Source: Torpedo marmorata (Eukaryota). From it: a stretch of 64,000 nucleotides of DNA. The notes below the pieces were generated by a model, which did no database searches, was not told the origin of the DNA, and saw only the letters and a program-made list of their open reading frames with translations. Location: contig OZ360249.1 in the NCBI GenBank assembly GCA_977017645.1, positions 10,540,001-10,604,000 on the forward strand, written 5' to 3'. The translations under genes were made by a program, and so were the position numbers. Shown here in pieces: positions 63,064 through 64,000 of this stretch (position 1 is the stretch's first letter; each line of letters starts with the position of its first letter).

Positions 63064-63882
63064 GAATTAATGTGTGTGAACCAGATGGTGAGGCTGTGGG
63101 GGAGAAGCAGGAAGTAAAGTTTTGCAAAGTATTGCTGGGGCAAAGAACACTGCAGAATTGTTACTTTATGTTTATCCAGCGCAGTCGATTTCTCACCGCA
63201 GTTTCAATGAAACAAACAGGTGGGCTTCTGAGACTTTCATACTACATTTTTGTGTGAGAATCAAGTAGGAGGCATGGTTTCAAGGCCATTTCAATGTTGG
63301 ACCTGATGCCCAGTTGAAAATGAAGAGGAAATCACACCATAATTTGTCAGATGTCTCGTTTACAAAAATAACATTGTAATTCCATCAAAAGCAAGGTCTC
63401 CCCAAATGATAATTAGAAAAGGAGCAGTTTTCTGTTCTCTCCTGAGCTACCCTTTCCTCAAGACTTTTATTTCTTTCAATCTTCATAATATGGAATTACA
63501 GAATGATATTGCACAGATGGCAGTCTTTATGATGATGGTTCCTACACTGACTGTCCACTCGTCCCAATCTAGTAACATGTTCAAATAATCTACTGGAATT
63601 CCTTGATCACGTGATAAGTAGAAAAGATAAGAGTACCAATATTTGGATTTTCAGAAGCCTTTGAAGATAACACCCAAGAGTTTGGACAAGACACAGAATT
63701 GGAGGATATGCTGATTTGGATTTAGAAATGACTCTGATAGAAAGGAAACAAGAATAAGCAAATCTTTCTCAAATTGGCAGAGTTGATGGTTGGGCAATCT
63801 ATTTTCCCTTGAGTTAAAGGCATGGTACCTTTTTAAAATGAATGTGCAGTGATTAACACTCCTTGATCAAAGATCCACTGTA

Positions 63883-64000
63883 ACGGCAGCTGGTGCGGAC
63901 CCGCGGGGAGCGGAGATACAGCTCTCCCAAGGGGTCCAACCGCCCAGTCAACTGCCGTCAGCTCCGCACGGGCTTTGAACGGCCCGTTAAAGGAGCCGAC
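63883..64000 (+). mobile_element. GC-rich retroelement, copy 4 (cut by window end)
   Basis: gcggacccgcggggagcggagatacagc...ggggtcca head. Confidence 0.75.

Overview
Repeat-rich vertebrate genomic DNA, very probably from a cartilaginous fish (shark/ray), judged from about 11 HE1/V-SINE-like tRNA SINEs with CR1-derived tails. The main gene is the 3' part of CTC1 (CST telomere complex subunit) on the minus strand. I traced 14 GT-AG exons by hand, from 62563 down to a TGA stop at 23084-23086; they total 2265 nt (754 aa) with consistent phases, and the 5' exons lie beyond 64000. About 4 kb downstream, in the same orientation, is the 5' end of a second gene I cannot identify. It has two candidate micro first exons (MKKTIL, MEQ), a 269-nt exon, a possible 147-nt cassette exon and several promoter-like motif clusters. 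The rest is heavily nested mobile DNA: solo LTRs, a Chapaev3-like transposon, CR1, Rex1/Babar and Penelope-like elements with hammerhead-ribozyme-like motifs, and hAT and Tc1/mariner MITEs. The most unusual items are (i) a 4-copy, ~800-bp GC-rich multi-hairpin non-autonomous element with a Rex/Babar-like tail and no tRNA head, and (ii) a GC-rich expansion in a CTC1 coding exon that carries a GC-box/CCAAT/CRE-like triad. Family names come from motif recognition, not database searches, and repeat boundaries are approximate unless TSDs are given.
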